A stretch of DNA of 42,526 nt from a virus. Its lineage: Duplodnaviria > Caudoviricetes. The translations under genes and the position numbers were made by a program. Positions 16,039 to 24,452 of the stretch are shown here, piece by piece. Within the stretch, counting starts at the first letter, position 1; the number at the start of each line of letters is the position of its first letter. The stretch spans positions 1 through 42,526 of the IMG/VR virus record IMGVR_UViG_3300028145_000001; one strand, 5' to 3'. The notes under the pieces were generated by a model. The model was given only the letters and a program-made list of their open reading frames with translations. It was not told the origin of the DNA and made no database searches.

Positions 16039-18135
16039 CTATTCCGCTCCTTGGTTCGCTGTTGCCATTTCCGCTTCGTGCTGCTGGTCTGCCTGCTGCC
16101 CTTGCGCGGCTGCCGCTTGCTGTTGCGCGGCCTGTTCTTTCTCATGCTGTTGCTGATTGGCCTGCATTTCAGCTTCATGCGCATCGCCATGCAACAACTG
16201 GTAAGTCTTTATTTCGTTTTCCGCGAAGGACTGGTTCAGATCCTTGCTGGCGTTCAATTGCGCAACGGCTAGTTTCGTTGCTTCCTGCATTCGAACAACA
16301 GATTGTTTCGTTTGCTCCTGAAGCTGAGTAATCTGCACTTTACCTTGCTGCTCGATCTGCTTCGTCTCGATAACTTTCTGCGCTTCTGTTAAAGCCTTGG
16401 TCAACAACTCATGCTGCTTTGAAAGTTCCTGCATCGTCGCCTGCATTTGCTGCATTTGTACTTCTGGATCACCGTCATCGCCACCGATGATTTTCGGATC
16501 AATCATTCGTTTCAGGCGCTCCGCAATGTCTTTAGATTGCGGAATGTCCATGTTGCCAACGGTAATATCTGCGATGTTCGCTGCCATCGGTGGCGGCAGA
16601 GTCTTCATCAAATCGAGCTGCGTTGCGGCTGCTTCCTGGCGCTTGGTCTGATAGCTTGGGCCAACTGCCACAGTCACGTCATATCGCCCGACCCCAATGT
16701 CATAAATTTTCTTAATTTTTTCGGTTAATAGCTTCTCTGCGGCTGCTTTTTGTTCCGCACCGTTATGCGTAACGACCTGACTCACTGAACCATCGGGTTT
16801 GATGATCCTGCGAACTCGTGGAACGTCATATTTGTCCCGAATCCACTGGAGCAGGACTCGCCCGAACCGGCGCATAGTACGTGCTACGTTGTCGGAGTAG
16901 TTGAATGTCGAAACTGCGCCTTGAGTCTGAAGCCGTTCAATCGCCTTGCCGGACTCATCACCTTTCCGCTGCCCCAAGGAAGGATCATAAATGCCTAAAG
17001 CTGACTTCAGATCCAGCCCCGCCTGCTGCACAAGCTGTTGAATAGCCTGAATAGGCGGTTCTACCGTCTGGCGCTGCGGAACAGGTGCTGGTTTTCCACC
17101 TACATCCGTTTGGCGGTAGTACAGAACTTCAATATCGCCAGTATTTGCATTCGCCCAATCGTTCTCCATGATTGTTTGGCCCTCGGCAACCAACCAAGGT
17201 GCTTGCGGTGCCAGCGCAACAGTCTCGGCGGCTTTCGAAACCATGAAATTCTTGAAGCGCTGCGCATCTTTGCCATTGCGAATCAGCCCGGCAAGGTAGC
17301 GCTGACCGTCCACATCAATATCATCGCCATAAGCGGTGAAAACTGGAATCGAAGTGCCGGGCAGATCGGTAGGGCCTTCCAGAATCTCAATGGCGTTGAA
17401 CTTCCACCACTTTACTTTCTTGACTGGCCGTTTCTTGCCTTCGACTTTCTCCTCAGTGACTTGAAAATATTCAGCGACCCGGACGGTGTCCTTGCTCATC
17501 CACTCAGGCGGTACGTTTCCAACTCCAGTGAAGTTCGCAAGTGAGAGTTCCGATTCACTGAAATCCTCTGAATAGGTTTCCTTGGGAACATCAGAGACAA
17601 CGAAACAGTGCTTAGCCTTCTGCTGTGATGCCCCAGCCTGCCAATACACCGAAAAATGGTCGCGGATCGGCTCTACAAAGATTTCCTGTTCGTCTGTCTC
17701 ATCATCCGCATAATCAGAAAGAAGCCGCCAACTACCAAAGCCAATGCGAACCACGCTTTCGTGAGCACCGTCATAGGCAATCTCTGCATCGCTGTTGACT
17801 TCGATGTGCCTGACAAGGCCCTGAAGTATCTCCGCAGTCTCAACATCGGCTTCATCGCCAACCGGATTAACTTCAAGCGCCGGCCGCTGCTGCCTATATT
17901 CATTGCAGACAATCCGTACTGACTGCTGCAACTGGTCCATCGTGAGGCAGGGCTTATTCTTGCGCTCACGACGCGACCGGATATTTGCATCCCACTGGTC
18001 GCCAGTTGAGAACCTTAGATCGTCAAGGCATTTCGTGCGGCTGGCGGATTCAGCTTCTGATGCAGCCTGAAATTCCTTCAGCCTGGCCTGGAGAAAGTCT
18101 TCAAACTGCTTGGTTGGCTGCTTCTCTTCAGGCAT
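16039..18135 (-). CDS. Portal protein (P22 gp1-like)
   Basis: 698 aa; DLRFSTGDQW...RKNKPCLT, GLIRNGKDAQRFKN, GRYDVTVAVGPSYQTKRQEA, Gln-rich C-terminal barrel helix. Confidence 0.93.
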   Translation of the reverse strand: MPEEKQPTKQFEDFLQARLKEFQAASEAESASRTKCLDDLRFSTGDQWDANIRSRRERKNKPCLTMDQLQQSVRIVCNEYRQQRPALEVNPVGDEADVETAEILQGLVRHIEVNSDAEIAYDGAHESVVRIGFGSWRLLSDYADDETDEQEIFVEPIRDHFSVYWQAGASQQKAKHCFVVSDVPKETYSEDFSESELSLANFTGVGNVPPEWMSKDTVRVAEYFQVTEEKVEGKKRPVKKVKWWKFNAIEILEGPTDLPGTSIPVFTAYGDDIDVDGQRYLAGLIRNGKDAQRFKNFMVSKAAETVALAPQAPWLVAEGQTIMENDWANANTGDIEVLYYRQTDVGGKPAPVPQRQTVEPPIQAIQQLVQQAGLDLKSALGIYDPSLGQRKGDESGKAIERLQTQGAVSTFNYSDNVARTMRRFGRVLLQWIRDKYDVPRVRRIIKPDGSVSQVVTHNGAEQKAAAEKLLTEKIKKIYDIGVGRYDVTVAVGPSYQTKRQEAAATQLDLMKTLPPPMAANIADITVGNMDIPQSKDIAERLKRMIDPKIIGGDDGDPEVQMQQMQATMQELSKQHELLTKALTEAQKVIETKQIEQQGKVQITQLQEQTKQSVVRMQEATKLAVAQLNASKDLNQSFAENEIKTYQLLHGDAHEAEMQANQQQHEKEQAAQQQAAAAQGQQADQQHEAEMATANQGAE

Positions 18136-18421
18136 TGATTACTGCGAGAATGTCGGCCTCTTGAACGAGATGTAGTGTCTTGTCTGCGCCCACTGGCAGA
18201 TTGTCGTAAAAGTCTTCGGCTAAGTCATTCCACTTGGATGAAAAGCAAACCAGTGCCCCGGGCTTCACGGTAGTCTCGTAGAAGTACCCGTCCCGCCACT
18301 TTCCAGGGCCTACGGCTAAGACTTTCCCCTTCATGCCCTTCTCTGCATCCGTGAGCATGATCGTGCCTTGTGGCTCTTCTAAACGCTGAATCAGCACTCT
18401 ATCGTGCATAGGTTGGATCAT
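18128..18421 (-). CDS. groES: Co-chaperonin GroES (Cpn10) homolog
   Basis: MIQPMHDRVLI...GKVLAVGPGK...VKPG...EADILAV. Confidence 0.88.
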   Translation of the reverse strand: MIQPMHDRVLIQRLEEPQGTIMLTDAEKGMKGKVLAVGPGKWRDGYFYETTVKPGALVCFSSKWNDLAEDFYDNLPVGADKTLHLVQEADILAVINA

Positions 18422-18849
18422 TGGCCCTTCACCATGCTTGGCTGAACCTTCAAATGAGGAAATTCGAGGTGATAGTTGTGGACCGCTGCAGTGCCGTAGA
18501 TGGACATGCAGATGATTGGTACTGCGGTATAGCTGACGATCCGCCAAGGCCTCGTGTCGTCCTCACCCACCGTTAAGTGCCAAGCAAGAGCGTGGTAACT
18601 GGTTTGCAAGCTCATGCTCAGTAGCGCTACTCCGATAACCTTCTGCCTAGATGGGTTACGCCCTAGGAAACGGTTGCCCTCGATCTGCCTGTTGGTACGC
18701 TGAACAGTGGAAGCCGCATCCGCTCCAATGGATGCCGCAACAAAGAATTCCCCAAGGTACCATTTCTTGTCGGTGTACCAGTGCCGCGGCCGCGCTACAG
18801 CGGAGGCAGGTAGAACCAGAAGAATAATCGACAGCAGAGCGCGTTTCAC
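18418..18849 (-). CDS. Signal-peptide/membrane protein
   Basis: GTG start (GTGA overlap), KRALLSIILLVLPASAVA signal, then hydrophobic helices. Confidence 0.65.
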   Translation of the reverse strand: MKRALLSIILLVLPASAVARPRHWYTDKKWYLGEFFVAASIGADAASTVQRTNRQIEGNRFLGRNPSRQKVIGVALLSMSLQTSYHALAWHLTVGEDDTRPWRIVSYTAVPIICMSIYGTAAVHNYHLEFPHLKVQPSMVKGQ

Positions 18850-19016
18850 CCCTTGTGCCAACTCCGCGCATTGATTGCAAAAGTCGCGCGCTTGCGCTCT
18901 GCCGGAGAACTGGAATGCTTCGCGCTCATCAGTTGCTTGAGCGATAGTTTCTTGCCCGGCTTCACGCCTAGGTTCTTGTGCAATAGGCCGCGGTGCGACG
19001 GCTTAATCTTAATCAT
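18846..19016 (-). CDS. Small basic phage protein
   Basis: MIKIKPSHRGLLH...KRATFAINARSW, a recurrent small basic phage family. TGATG overlap. Confidence 0.7.
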   Translation of the reverse strand: MIKIKPSHRGLLHKNLGVKPGKKLSLKQLMSAKHSSSPAERKRATFAINARSWHKG

Positions 19017-19192
19017 CAATTGTCCTTGATGAGATAAAACTTGTTTCCCAGCTCGAAAGCCATAGCTTTGCGCCAAATGTGGGAACTTCCTTGCACATTC
19101 TCGACATAAGCGAAGCCTTCTTTGATAAGGGTCGGATTGGCCTTCACAAACTTGTCAAACTCTTCTTTTGGCACTTCTACCTTGCGCCTCAT
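19016..19192 (-). CDS. Hypothetical protein
   Basis: MRRKVEVPKEEFDKF..., translationally coupled. Confidence 0.55.
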   Translation of the reverse strand: MRRKVEVPKEEFDKFVKANPTLIKEGFAYVENVQGSSHIWRKAMAFELGNKFYLIKDN

Positions 19193-19290
19193 GGCCAAAG
19201 ATTCCGTAACCAACGATGCAGATACGCGCCGATCTTCGTGCGGTGATAGCAAAACTCTCCATGACAACTGTGCCAGCCAAGTTGTTTCAT
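19189..19290 (-). CDS. 33-aa hypothetical protein
   Basis: MKQLGWHSCHGEFCYHRTKIGAYLHRWLRNLWP, with ATGA overlaps at both ends. Confidence 0.5.
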   Translation of the reverse strand: MKQLGWHSCHGEFCYHRTKIGAYLHRWLRNLWP

Positions 19291-19481
19291 GGCTTCATTA
19301 GTGATTTCAGGCTTATCTTGCGACCCACTTTGGGCCGATAGCCTGTTTTGCCTACGCGGGCTTTCAGGCTTCCTTTCGGAGTGGCGTTATCCCATTCAGC
19401 AACTTTCGCTGCCCCACCAAGAGCCTTCAAACCTGCCGGTGAGTGGCCCCACCTAGCCTGTGCTTTAGATGCCCAAGGCAT
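19287..19481 (-). CDS. Small basic phage protein
   Basis: MPWASKAQARW...AEWD, a common terminase-linked family. AGGAG RBS. Confidence 0.7.
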   Translation of the reverse strand: MPWASKAQARWGHSPAGLKALGGAAKVAEWDNATPKGSLKARVGKTGYRPKVGRKISLKSLMKP

Positions 19482-19767
19482 CAGCTTCTCCTATATGCCA
19501 AATGCCGGCATTCGGATTGTCTTGTTCTCCAAAATCTTGTGGATAAAACAGCGCATAACAACCTCCGTTAGCGCTGCACAACTAGCAATCCTCGAAATAA
19601 TCATAGTGCAGTGGCTTCCCGCATTCCTTGCATAGTTTTGGCTGCGGCTGCTTGTGCGCGGTGCTCTTCTGGTTAGGTAAGCAGCTTTCGCTGGCGGTAT
19701 CATTTCCGCGTGCGCTGAATCCAGCCGCAGACTCAGTTCTTCCCGCGCACAAATTTACGCCATCCAT
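19465..19767 (-). pseudogene. Zinc-ribbon ORF interrupted by an in-frame TAG
   Basis: CKECGKPLHYDYFEDC*LCSANGGCYALFYPQDFG...; TAG at 19582-19584. Confidence 0.4.
19642..19752 (-). ncRNA. Candidate structured (pseudoknotted) RNA just after terL
   Basis: 10-bp closing stem, three internal hairpins and a 9-nt complementarity to the 3' flank. Confidence 0.45.
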
Positions 19768-21227
19768 CCCGTGTCTCTTTCGCCCGGGTAGTACATTTCC
19801 GGTGGCGGTGCCTTGAACTTCGGAGCTATTGTCACCGCAAATGTCATGGCCAGCATGTCACCGCAATCAGGGCTGCCGAGCGATGGAACGCGCTCTTTCA
19901 TTTCGTCTTTCGTCTCAAGCTCTATCTGGCCTTTGGAGTTGTAAGAATACAGTGGCGCCACTAATTGCTCAGCCAGTTCTGGATCGTTGGGAATCTCCGG
20001 CCCGCCCACGAACCAATCGCGCATCAATCCCCACACTTCCGACCGCCGATTGCGATACTTCTTTTCGTCGTTCGCAGTTCCGCCACCATGAAACTCAAAG
20101 CAGGTAAAACCACGTGCTTTGATCTGGTCCACTGTGCCAGAGCCTAGACCGTCGCCGTCGATTACCGTCGCATCGGTCTTTTCTTCTTGCTGCCAGTAAA
20201 TCACTCGCTCTGCCACAAATACCGTGCTCTTGCCGCGTAGTTTCTCAAGAATCACAGCTTTGCGGCCTTGCCGATAGCCTATTACCGTCTGATCGGCGCC
20301 GTACCGCGCCACATCGCAAGCTAGAATCTTTGGCATCTCCTCATGTCCAACTACTTTTGCATGGCGTGCCGCTTCAATGTGATCTGGCTGAATAAACTGG
20401 TCTGTACCTACAAGCGGAAACTCACCCCGAATCCAGATCCTAACGTGGTAGCTATCCTCGCCGTGATCCGCCACCTGCCTATTCTGCTCGGCATGGTTCG
20501 TCCCTTCTACTGTCCGCGAGTCAATCCGGTAAGTTTTCCAGCGATGAGCGTTCTTGCCGAAGCACTCCCGAAATGAACCATTCGCCTGAGTAGGGTTGCC
20601 AAAAGCAAGGAAGATAATCTCAGTGTTTTCATCCGTGAAAGTGCCTTGGGTGTTGTTCCAGATCACATCATCGATGCCGCTGGCTTCATCGAAGATAACC
20701 AGCATTCTCTTGTCTTTGTTGTGCAGACCTGAGAATGCTTCTTGGTTCTCAGCCGACCAGGGGATGAAGTCTGTGCGCCATTCCCGTTCATGGCCTTTCT
20801 GACGGGCCGTGATGCTTGTGGCTTTGACTTCCCACCAGTGGCGATTGAATGAAAGACGCGTCCATTTTGCTACTTCGGGCACTGTCTTAGTTGCTAGTTG
20901 CGTACCTGTATTTGCGGTTACTACGACTTTGCAATCACCACAGGTGCTCATTGCCCAGTTGATGAACATGGCGATTAGGGCCGACTTGCCGATTCCCTTA
21001 CCAGATGCGACAGCGACTTGGCAGGGCTGGAATCTAGTCGCTGGATTCTGTAGATGGTCGCGAACGAATCCCAGAATCTCAGCCTGCCACTTGCGCGGTC
21101 CTACAGCCTGCTCAAGCTCACCTTGGCCCCAAGGGTAAAACCTCCTCGCGAATTCCAGAGGGTCAAGGGCCGTCTCACCCACTTCCTCGATAAGCTCTGA
21201 CTCTAGTTCAATTGCTGCCGTTGCCAT
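19755..21227 (-). CDS. terL: Terminase large subunit
   Basis: Walker A ASGKGIGKS, Walker B VIFDEASG, coupling motif GNPT, nuclease DVARYGADQT and SPDCGD. Confidence 0.95.
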   Translation of the reverse strand: MATAAIELESELIEEVGETALDPLEFARRFYPWGQGELEQAVGPRKWQAEILGFVRDHLQNPATRFQPCQVAVASGKGIGKSALIAMFINWAMSTCGDCKVVVTANTGTQLATKTVPEVAKWTRLSFNRHWWEVKATSITARQKGHEREWRTDFIPWSAENQEAFSGLHNKDKRMLVIFDEASGIDDVIWNNTQGTFTDENTEIIFLAFGNPTQANGSFRECFGKNAHRWKTYRIDSRTVEGTNHAEQNRQVADHGEDSYHVRIWIRGEFPLVGTDQFIQPDHIEAARHAKVVGHEEMPKILACDVARYGADQTVIGYRQGRKAVILEKLRGKSTVFVAERVIYWQQEEKTDATVIDGDGLGSGTVDQIKARGFTCFEFHGGGTANDEKKYRNRRSEVWGLMRDWFVGGPEIPNDPELAEQLVAPLYSYNSKGQIELETKDEMKERVPSLGSPDCGDMLAMTFAVTIAPKFKAPPPEMYYPGERDTGWMA

Positions 21228-21753
21228 GTTTTTGCTTGCGGATCTGGTTCAACTTCTCTGCCAACCCTTCCATGCCTGTCACTTCCACGCGATCGGTGAA
21301 GAGTTTGAGATGTCTACCGAGTAGCTCAAGAGCACGGAGCTTATCTGCGAGTTTGATCTTTCGAGTTGTTCCAACGTGCTTAGCCTGGCCTGGGCCAAAA
21401 TGTTCAAACAGCTTCTCGTGGTCGAGACCCACAAGCGCGGCGCGGGCCGAACTGTCCCATTGGCTGATTGGTTTGAGTGAGCCATCGTCTTCGAATACCG
21501 ATCCTGCATCGTAGCCGGCTAACTTGCGAAGCTCGCCAAGGACCCAATCAGCCGAAATGTCTAGTTTCTTCGCTCGTGCTTCGGTCAGTGCAGCCAGAAC
21601 GGCTTTAACCTTAGGATTCCTTAGAAGCTGCGAAGCGGTAACGTGCGCTGACTTCTCGGTGTAACCTGCTGATTTTGCTGCCTCTGTGCCGTTGAGCCCG
21701 TTTGCGAGGTAAGCGCGTGCGAACATTTCCCATTTTTGGAGTTTCTTCGCCAC
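21208..21753 (-). CDS. terS: Terminase small subunit
   Basis: FARAYL..NGTEAAKSAGY..KSA...ASQLLRNPKV and KIKLADKLRALELLGRHLKLF. Confidence 0.92.
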   Translation of the reverse strand: MAKKLQKWEMFARAYLANGLNGTEAAKSAGYTEKSAHVTASQLLRNPKVKAVLAALTEARAKKLDISADWVLGELRKLAGYDAGSVFEDDGSLKPISQWDSSARAALVGLDHEKLFEHFGPGQAKHVGTTRKIKLADKLRALELLGRHLKLFTDRVEVTGMEGLAEKLNQIRKQKHGNGSN

Positions 21754-21756
21754 AAC

Positions 21757-21969
21757 TTACGCTGTTACCTTCAAATCTTTCAGGAAATCTCTGTCGAAAT
21801 CGGACAGTTCGGCCCACTGGACGAACATGCCTCCATGAAAAAGAATGCCATCTTTGATCGCGGCTTTATCGCACAACTTCGTGGCCAGTCCGTCAATAAA
21901 CTGACAGCCGCACTGCATATTCATGACGGTTGAAGTTGCCGCTGGCTTAGGGAATCCTGGAGGAGTCAT
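21757..21969 (-). CDS. Hypothetical protein
   Basis: ATGA coupling; C-terminal LSDFDRDFLKDLKV. Confidence 0.55.
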   Translation of the reverse strand: MTPPGFPKPAATSTVMNMQCGCQFIDGLATKLCDKAAIKDGILFHGGMFVQWAELSDFDRDFLKDLKVTA

Positions 21970-22319
21970 ACCGCTTGTAGTTGCCCCTGGGCTAATTGCG
22001 CCACCATTTGAGGAAGACGCAACTGCAATCCTTCTGGCGTCTCCATCAGCTCACGCAATCGCTGCTCATCTATCTCCCAGATGAAATGGCCTGCTAGGAA
22101 TCTCTTGAGTTGCGCCGGAGTCACTTTCAGTAATTGTGCGATGCGCTCTAATTCCCGGAAGTTGTGAAATATCATAGTCTTACGTTGGCCTATGAACTGG
22201 AAACGCCCTTCAGCTACCTTGCGCAGTTCTCCAGCTAGCAGCATCTGCTCTTTTGCTGCAGTGGGTACACGCTCTGCCGATCCGTCTGGGTGATAAATGA
22301 GAAACTGCTTGGTTGGCAT
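21966..22319 (-). CDS. Hypothetical protein, first gene of the late operon
   Basis: 117-aa ORF after the late leader. Confidence 0.65.
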   Translation of the reverse strand: MPTKQFLIYHPDGSAERVPTAAKEQMLLAGELRKVAEGRFQFIGQRKTMIFHNFRELERIAQLLKVTPAQLKRFLAGHFIWEIDEQRLRELMETPEGLQLRLPQMVAQLAQGQLQAV

Positions 22320-22489
22320 CGTTTAGAGACTAAAATACCTGCGAGCACTTCCACGCCATAACCACTAATCTGACGCGCTAGGCGGATGCGCGGTACTATT
22401 TTGAGAGCAGCACCGATTCGTTTTCTCTCGAACGATGCTGCCCTGAGGGTGTTTCTGTGTCCCTGTGGAGGAACTACATGTCAGGCTGG
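22320..22489 (-). ncRNA. Structured late-operon leader (candidate attenuation/antitermination RNA)
   Basis: Short hairpin GTTCCT-CCAC-AGGGAC, then a ~15-bp hairpin at 22405-22443; CTGAC/GTCAG could close both. Confidence 0.45.
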
Positions 22490-22519
22490 AGTATGCTAAG
22501 AGGAGAAATTGCACGTCAA
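22490..22519 (-). promoter_or_regulatory. Putative late sigma70-type promoter
   Basis: TTGACG-N18-CATACT in the only large gap before the terminase operon. Confidence 0.55.
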
Positions 22520-22533
22520 GGGAAATCAGTGGG

Positions 22534-22710
22534 TTACTGCGTTTTATGCCCAATTCTTGTGGTTGCTTTAGTTAGCTGCGGAAGCGTCCAATAGCGCGAG
22601 AATCTTTTGCCGCATTTCTTGCATTGGTATCTGCGATAGGTCGTTTGACCGTTTGGCCGTGAGTCGATTACAAGCGCTTCTCCGGTGCACGTTGGGTCAG
22701 GGCATTTCAC
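22534..22710 (-). CDS. NrdR-N/Ogr-like zinc-ribbon protein, candidate late regulator
   Basis: GTG start; KCPDPTC...VIDSR....RRYQCKKCGKRFS resembles the NrdR zinc ribbon. Lies immediately upstream of the late promoter. Confidence 0.7.
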   Translation of the reverse strand: MKCPDPTCTGEALVIDSRPNGQTTYRRYQCKKCGKRFSRYWTLPQLTKATTRIGHKTQ

Positions 22711-23057
22711 AAATATTTCTCCAGAAATTCTTTCGCTTTTCCGCAGAGAATCTGCTGATTCGTGAACCTCAGTACGCGCCAACCTTCCATGATCGCAGTA
22801 TTCTGGCGTTCGTAATCATCTTCGAGCGCCTTTCCGCGGCGGTGGCCGCCGTGCCATTTCCCTCCATCTGCTTCAAAAGCGATTCTCAGTTGCGGAATTG
22901 CTACATCGAACTGCCACTTCCGGCCTTCACAGAATCTATGCTCTGCGACGACCCACTTTCGCGAATAACCCATTTTGCCGAGACGTTCAGCCAGATAATC
23001 CATCAGCCAGATCTGAGCTTCAGAAAGCGATGGCTTGGGATAACCAGGTGCATTCAC
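22707..23057 (-). CDS. DUF559/Vsr-like PD-(D/E)XK endonuclease
   Basis: EHRF...RKWQFDVA.P..RIAFEADGG.W...H......DYERQN.A...GWRVLRFT. GTG start with RBS. Confidence 0.85.
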   Translation of the reverse strand: MNAPGYPKPSLSEAQIWLMDYLAERLGKMGYSRKWVVAEHRFCEGRKWQFDVAIPQLRIAFEADGGKWHGGHRRGKALEDDYERQNTAIMEGWRVLRFTNQQILCGKAKEFLEKYL

Positions 23058-23167
23058 TTGCCGTCTCCCTTTTCCCTGCTCACCCGCTCGGTTTTGGTTA
23101 GGTAGCCGATAATCCAGCCTAGGATAAACATGAACATTGCCACCGCATATACAGTTGATCCTCTCAC
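23054..23167 (-). CDS. 37-aa single-TM protein
   Basis: MRGSTVYAVAMFMFILGWIIGYLTKTERVSREKGDGK, with GTGA overlaps at both ends. Confidence 0.55.
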   Translation of the reverse strand: MRGSTVYAVAMFMFILGWIIGYLTKTERVSREKGDGK

Positions 23168-23820
23168 TTCCGTCCCTCTTTCTCTGCTTCTCCCTGCGGT
23201 GGGGCTGGATTATCTGCGTTTGGACGCAAGCAATCCGAATGTCCCTGCTTCCAAGTTTTGGAGAGTGAGGGAGGCATACCACATACGCAACACATCGGAG
23301 TGGGAGGCGTGTTGACGTGCTGCAACCCTTTGTTTACGTCCTGCGGTGGCTCTGCGCTGGCGAGAGAACGATGATTAAGCGCATCTGCTGCTTCTTGCCA
23401 CGCGAACTGCTTCCATAAGAGCGGTTGCAAAGCAATCCTCACATCGTCAGCGGTTAAGGGCTGCGCCGCCTTCTCAGCCATTGCCTTCTGTCCGCGCTGG
23501 AAGGCTGCTTGCAAGTCAGCTTCGTCAACGTATTGCGTCAGCGGCTCTCCGCTATCCGGTTGCGCTTTCCCCTGTGGCTCTGCGGCTCTTGCTGCATCAA
23601 AACTACGTTCTAGCTGACGAACTGCTCGTTGTGCATTAACTGGCTGTGGCTGGTTCGCTTGGCGGGCGGCATCCTCTGCATCCCAAAACTCAGATAGTAT
23701 TGTCGCGGCAATGCGGTCTTCGGCTGCATCGCTGCCACCGCAGAACTCATCCGTAATCTGCTGTGTGGCTTCGCTGACCCATCGTGGTGCCGTGCGTGCT
23801 TCCTGCTTTCCCTCGCTCAT
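23164..23820 (-). CDS. Mosaic hypothetical protein
   Basis: GGAGG RBS; short helical modules joined by AEPQ linkers; C-terminal Cys/His cluster. Confidence 0.65.
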   Translation of the reverse strand: MSEGKQEARTAPRWVSEATQQITDEFCGGSDAAEDRIAATILSEFWDAEDAARQANQPQPVNAQRAVRQLERSFDAARAAEPQGKAQPDSGEPLTQYVDEADLQAAFQRGQKAMAEKAAQPLTADDVRIALQPLLWKQFAWQEAADALNHRSLASAEPPQDVNKGLQHVNTPPTPMCCVCGMPPSLSKTWKQGHSDCLRPNADNPAPPQGEAEKEGRK

Positions 23821-23954
23821 CGCTGCCTCCACAAACTCCGGGTAGTGTGAATGCCAGCGTGACCTTTGGGCCGCTCACACTCGAACTCGCCCCATCCACT
23901 TCCACAAGCGTTCCACCACCATCTAGCGAAAGACATTCGCACTTTGCGTCTCAT
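23817..23954 (-). CDS. Small Cys/His protein
   Basis: MRRKVRM...CGS....CERPKGHAGIH; ATGA coupling. Confidence 0.5.
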   Translation of the reverse strand: MRRKVRMSFARWWWNACGSGWGEFECERPKGHAGIHTTRSLWRQR

Positions 23955-24145
23955 CGCTGTTCTCCCTTGGCTTGGCGCTCGGCCTCCAGTCTCCGTAACG
24001 CTTTGTTGCCATGTTGAGTGCAATAATTCTTTCCGTTCACTATCGTTGTGGCCCGACGCTCGCAATGCATGTCTGAACCATTAGGCCCGTAAGTCGCGTT
24101 AGGATACTTTTCGCACAACACTCGATTATTTCTCGGTAGGCCCAT
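23951..24145 (-). CDS. Small zinc-finger-like protein
   Basis: CE...CERRAT...GKNYCTQH; GGGAG RBS. Confidence 0.55.
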   Translation of the reverse strand: MGLPRNNRVLCEKYPNATYGPNGSDMHCERRATTIVNGKNYCTQHGNKALRRLEAERQAKGEQR

Positions 24146-24452
24146 TGCTCCCCTTTCGCTGGCGCTGGCCGGATTCACGCAAGGTCAGCGGACGCACTTC
24201 ATCTGTCGTTGTTGCAAACGTGTCTCCAATATTGACTCGCCGCACGACCAAATATCCGCTTAGTATGAGCGGTTCAGTCTTTTCTACTCGCAAAACGTCC
24301 CCAGCAAAACAACGGACAAGACTACCCGACGAATTGGAGAGTTTGAATTTGGCGCAGACTAGCTGCCCTACACGAAAACTAGGTTCTTGTAAGCGAAACT
24401 TCGGCCCAGCTTTGGCTTTCTCGCTCCGCTTCATCGGGTGCTCTCCGGTCAC
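24126..24452 (-). CDS. Hypothetical protein (SH3/KOW-like beta fold)
   Basis: FRVGQLV...EVRPLT.RE; start may be 24434. Confidence 0.5.
   Translation of the reverse strand: MTGEHPMKRSEKAKAGPKFRLQEPSFRVGQLVCAKFKLSNSSGSLVRCFAGDVLRVEKTEPLILSGYLVVRRVNIGDTFATTTDEVRPLTLRESGQRQRKGSNGPTEK

Noticed and set aside
16030-16050. Portal-scaffold fusion by TAG readthrough
   Set aside because: The scaffold ATG has its own AAGGAG RBS at normal spacing, so in-frame adjacency alone is not evidence.
19652-19752. Hammerhead or HDV-like ribozyme
   Set aside because: It lacks the CUGANGA core, and the helix order does not fit the HDV double pseudoknot. Kept only as an unclassified structured RNA.
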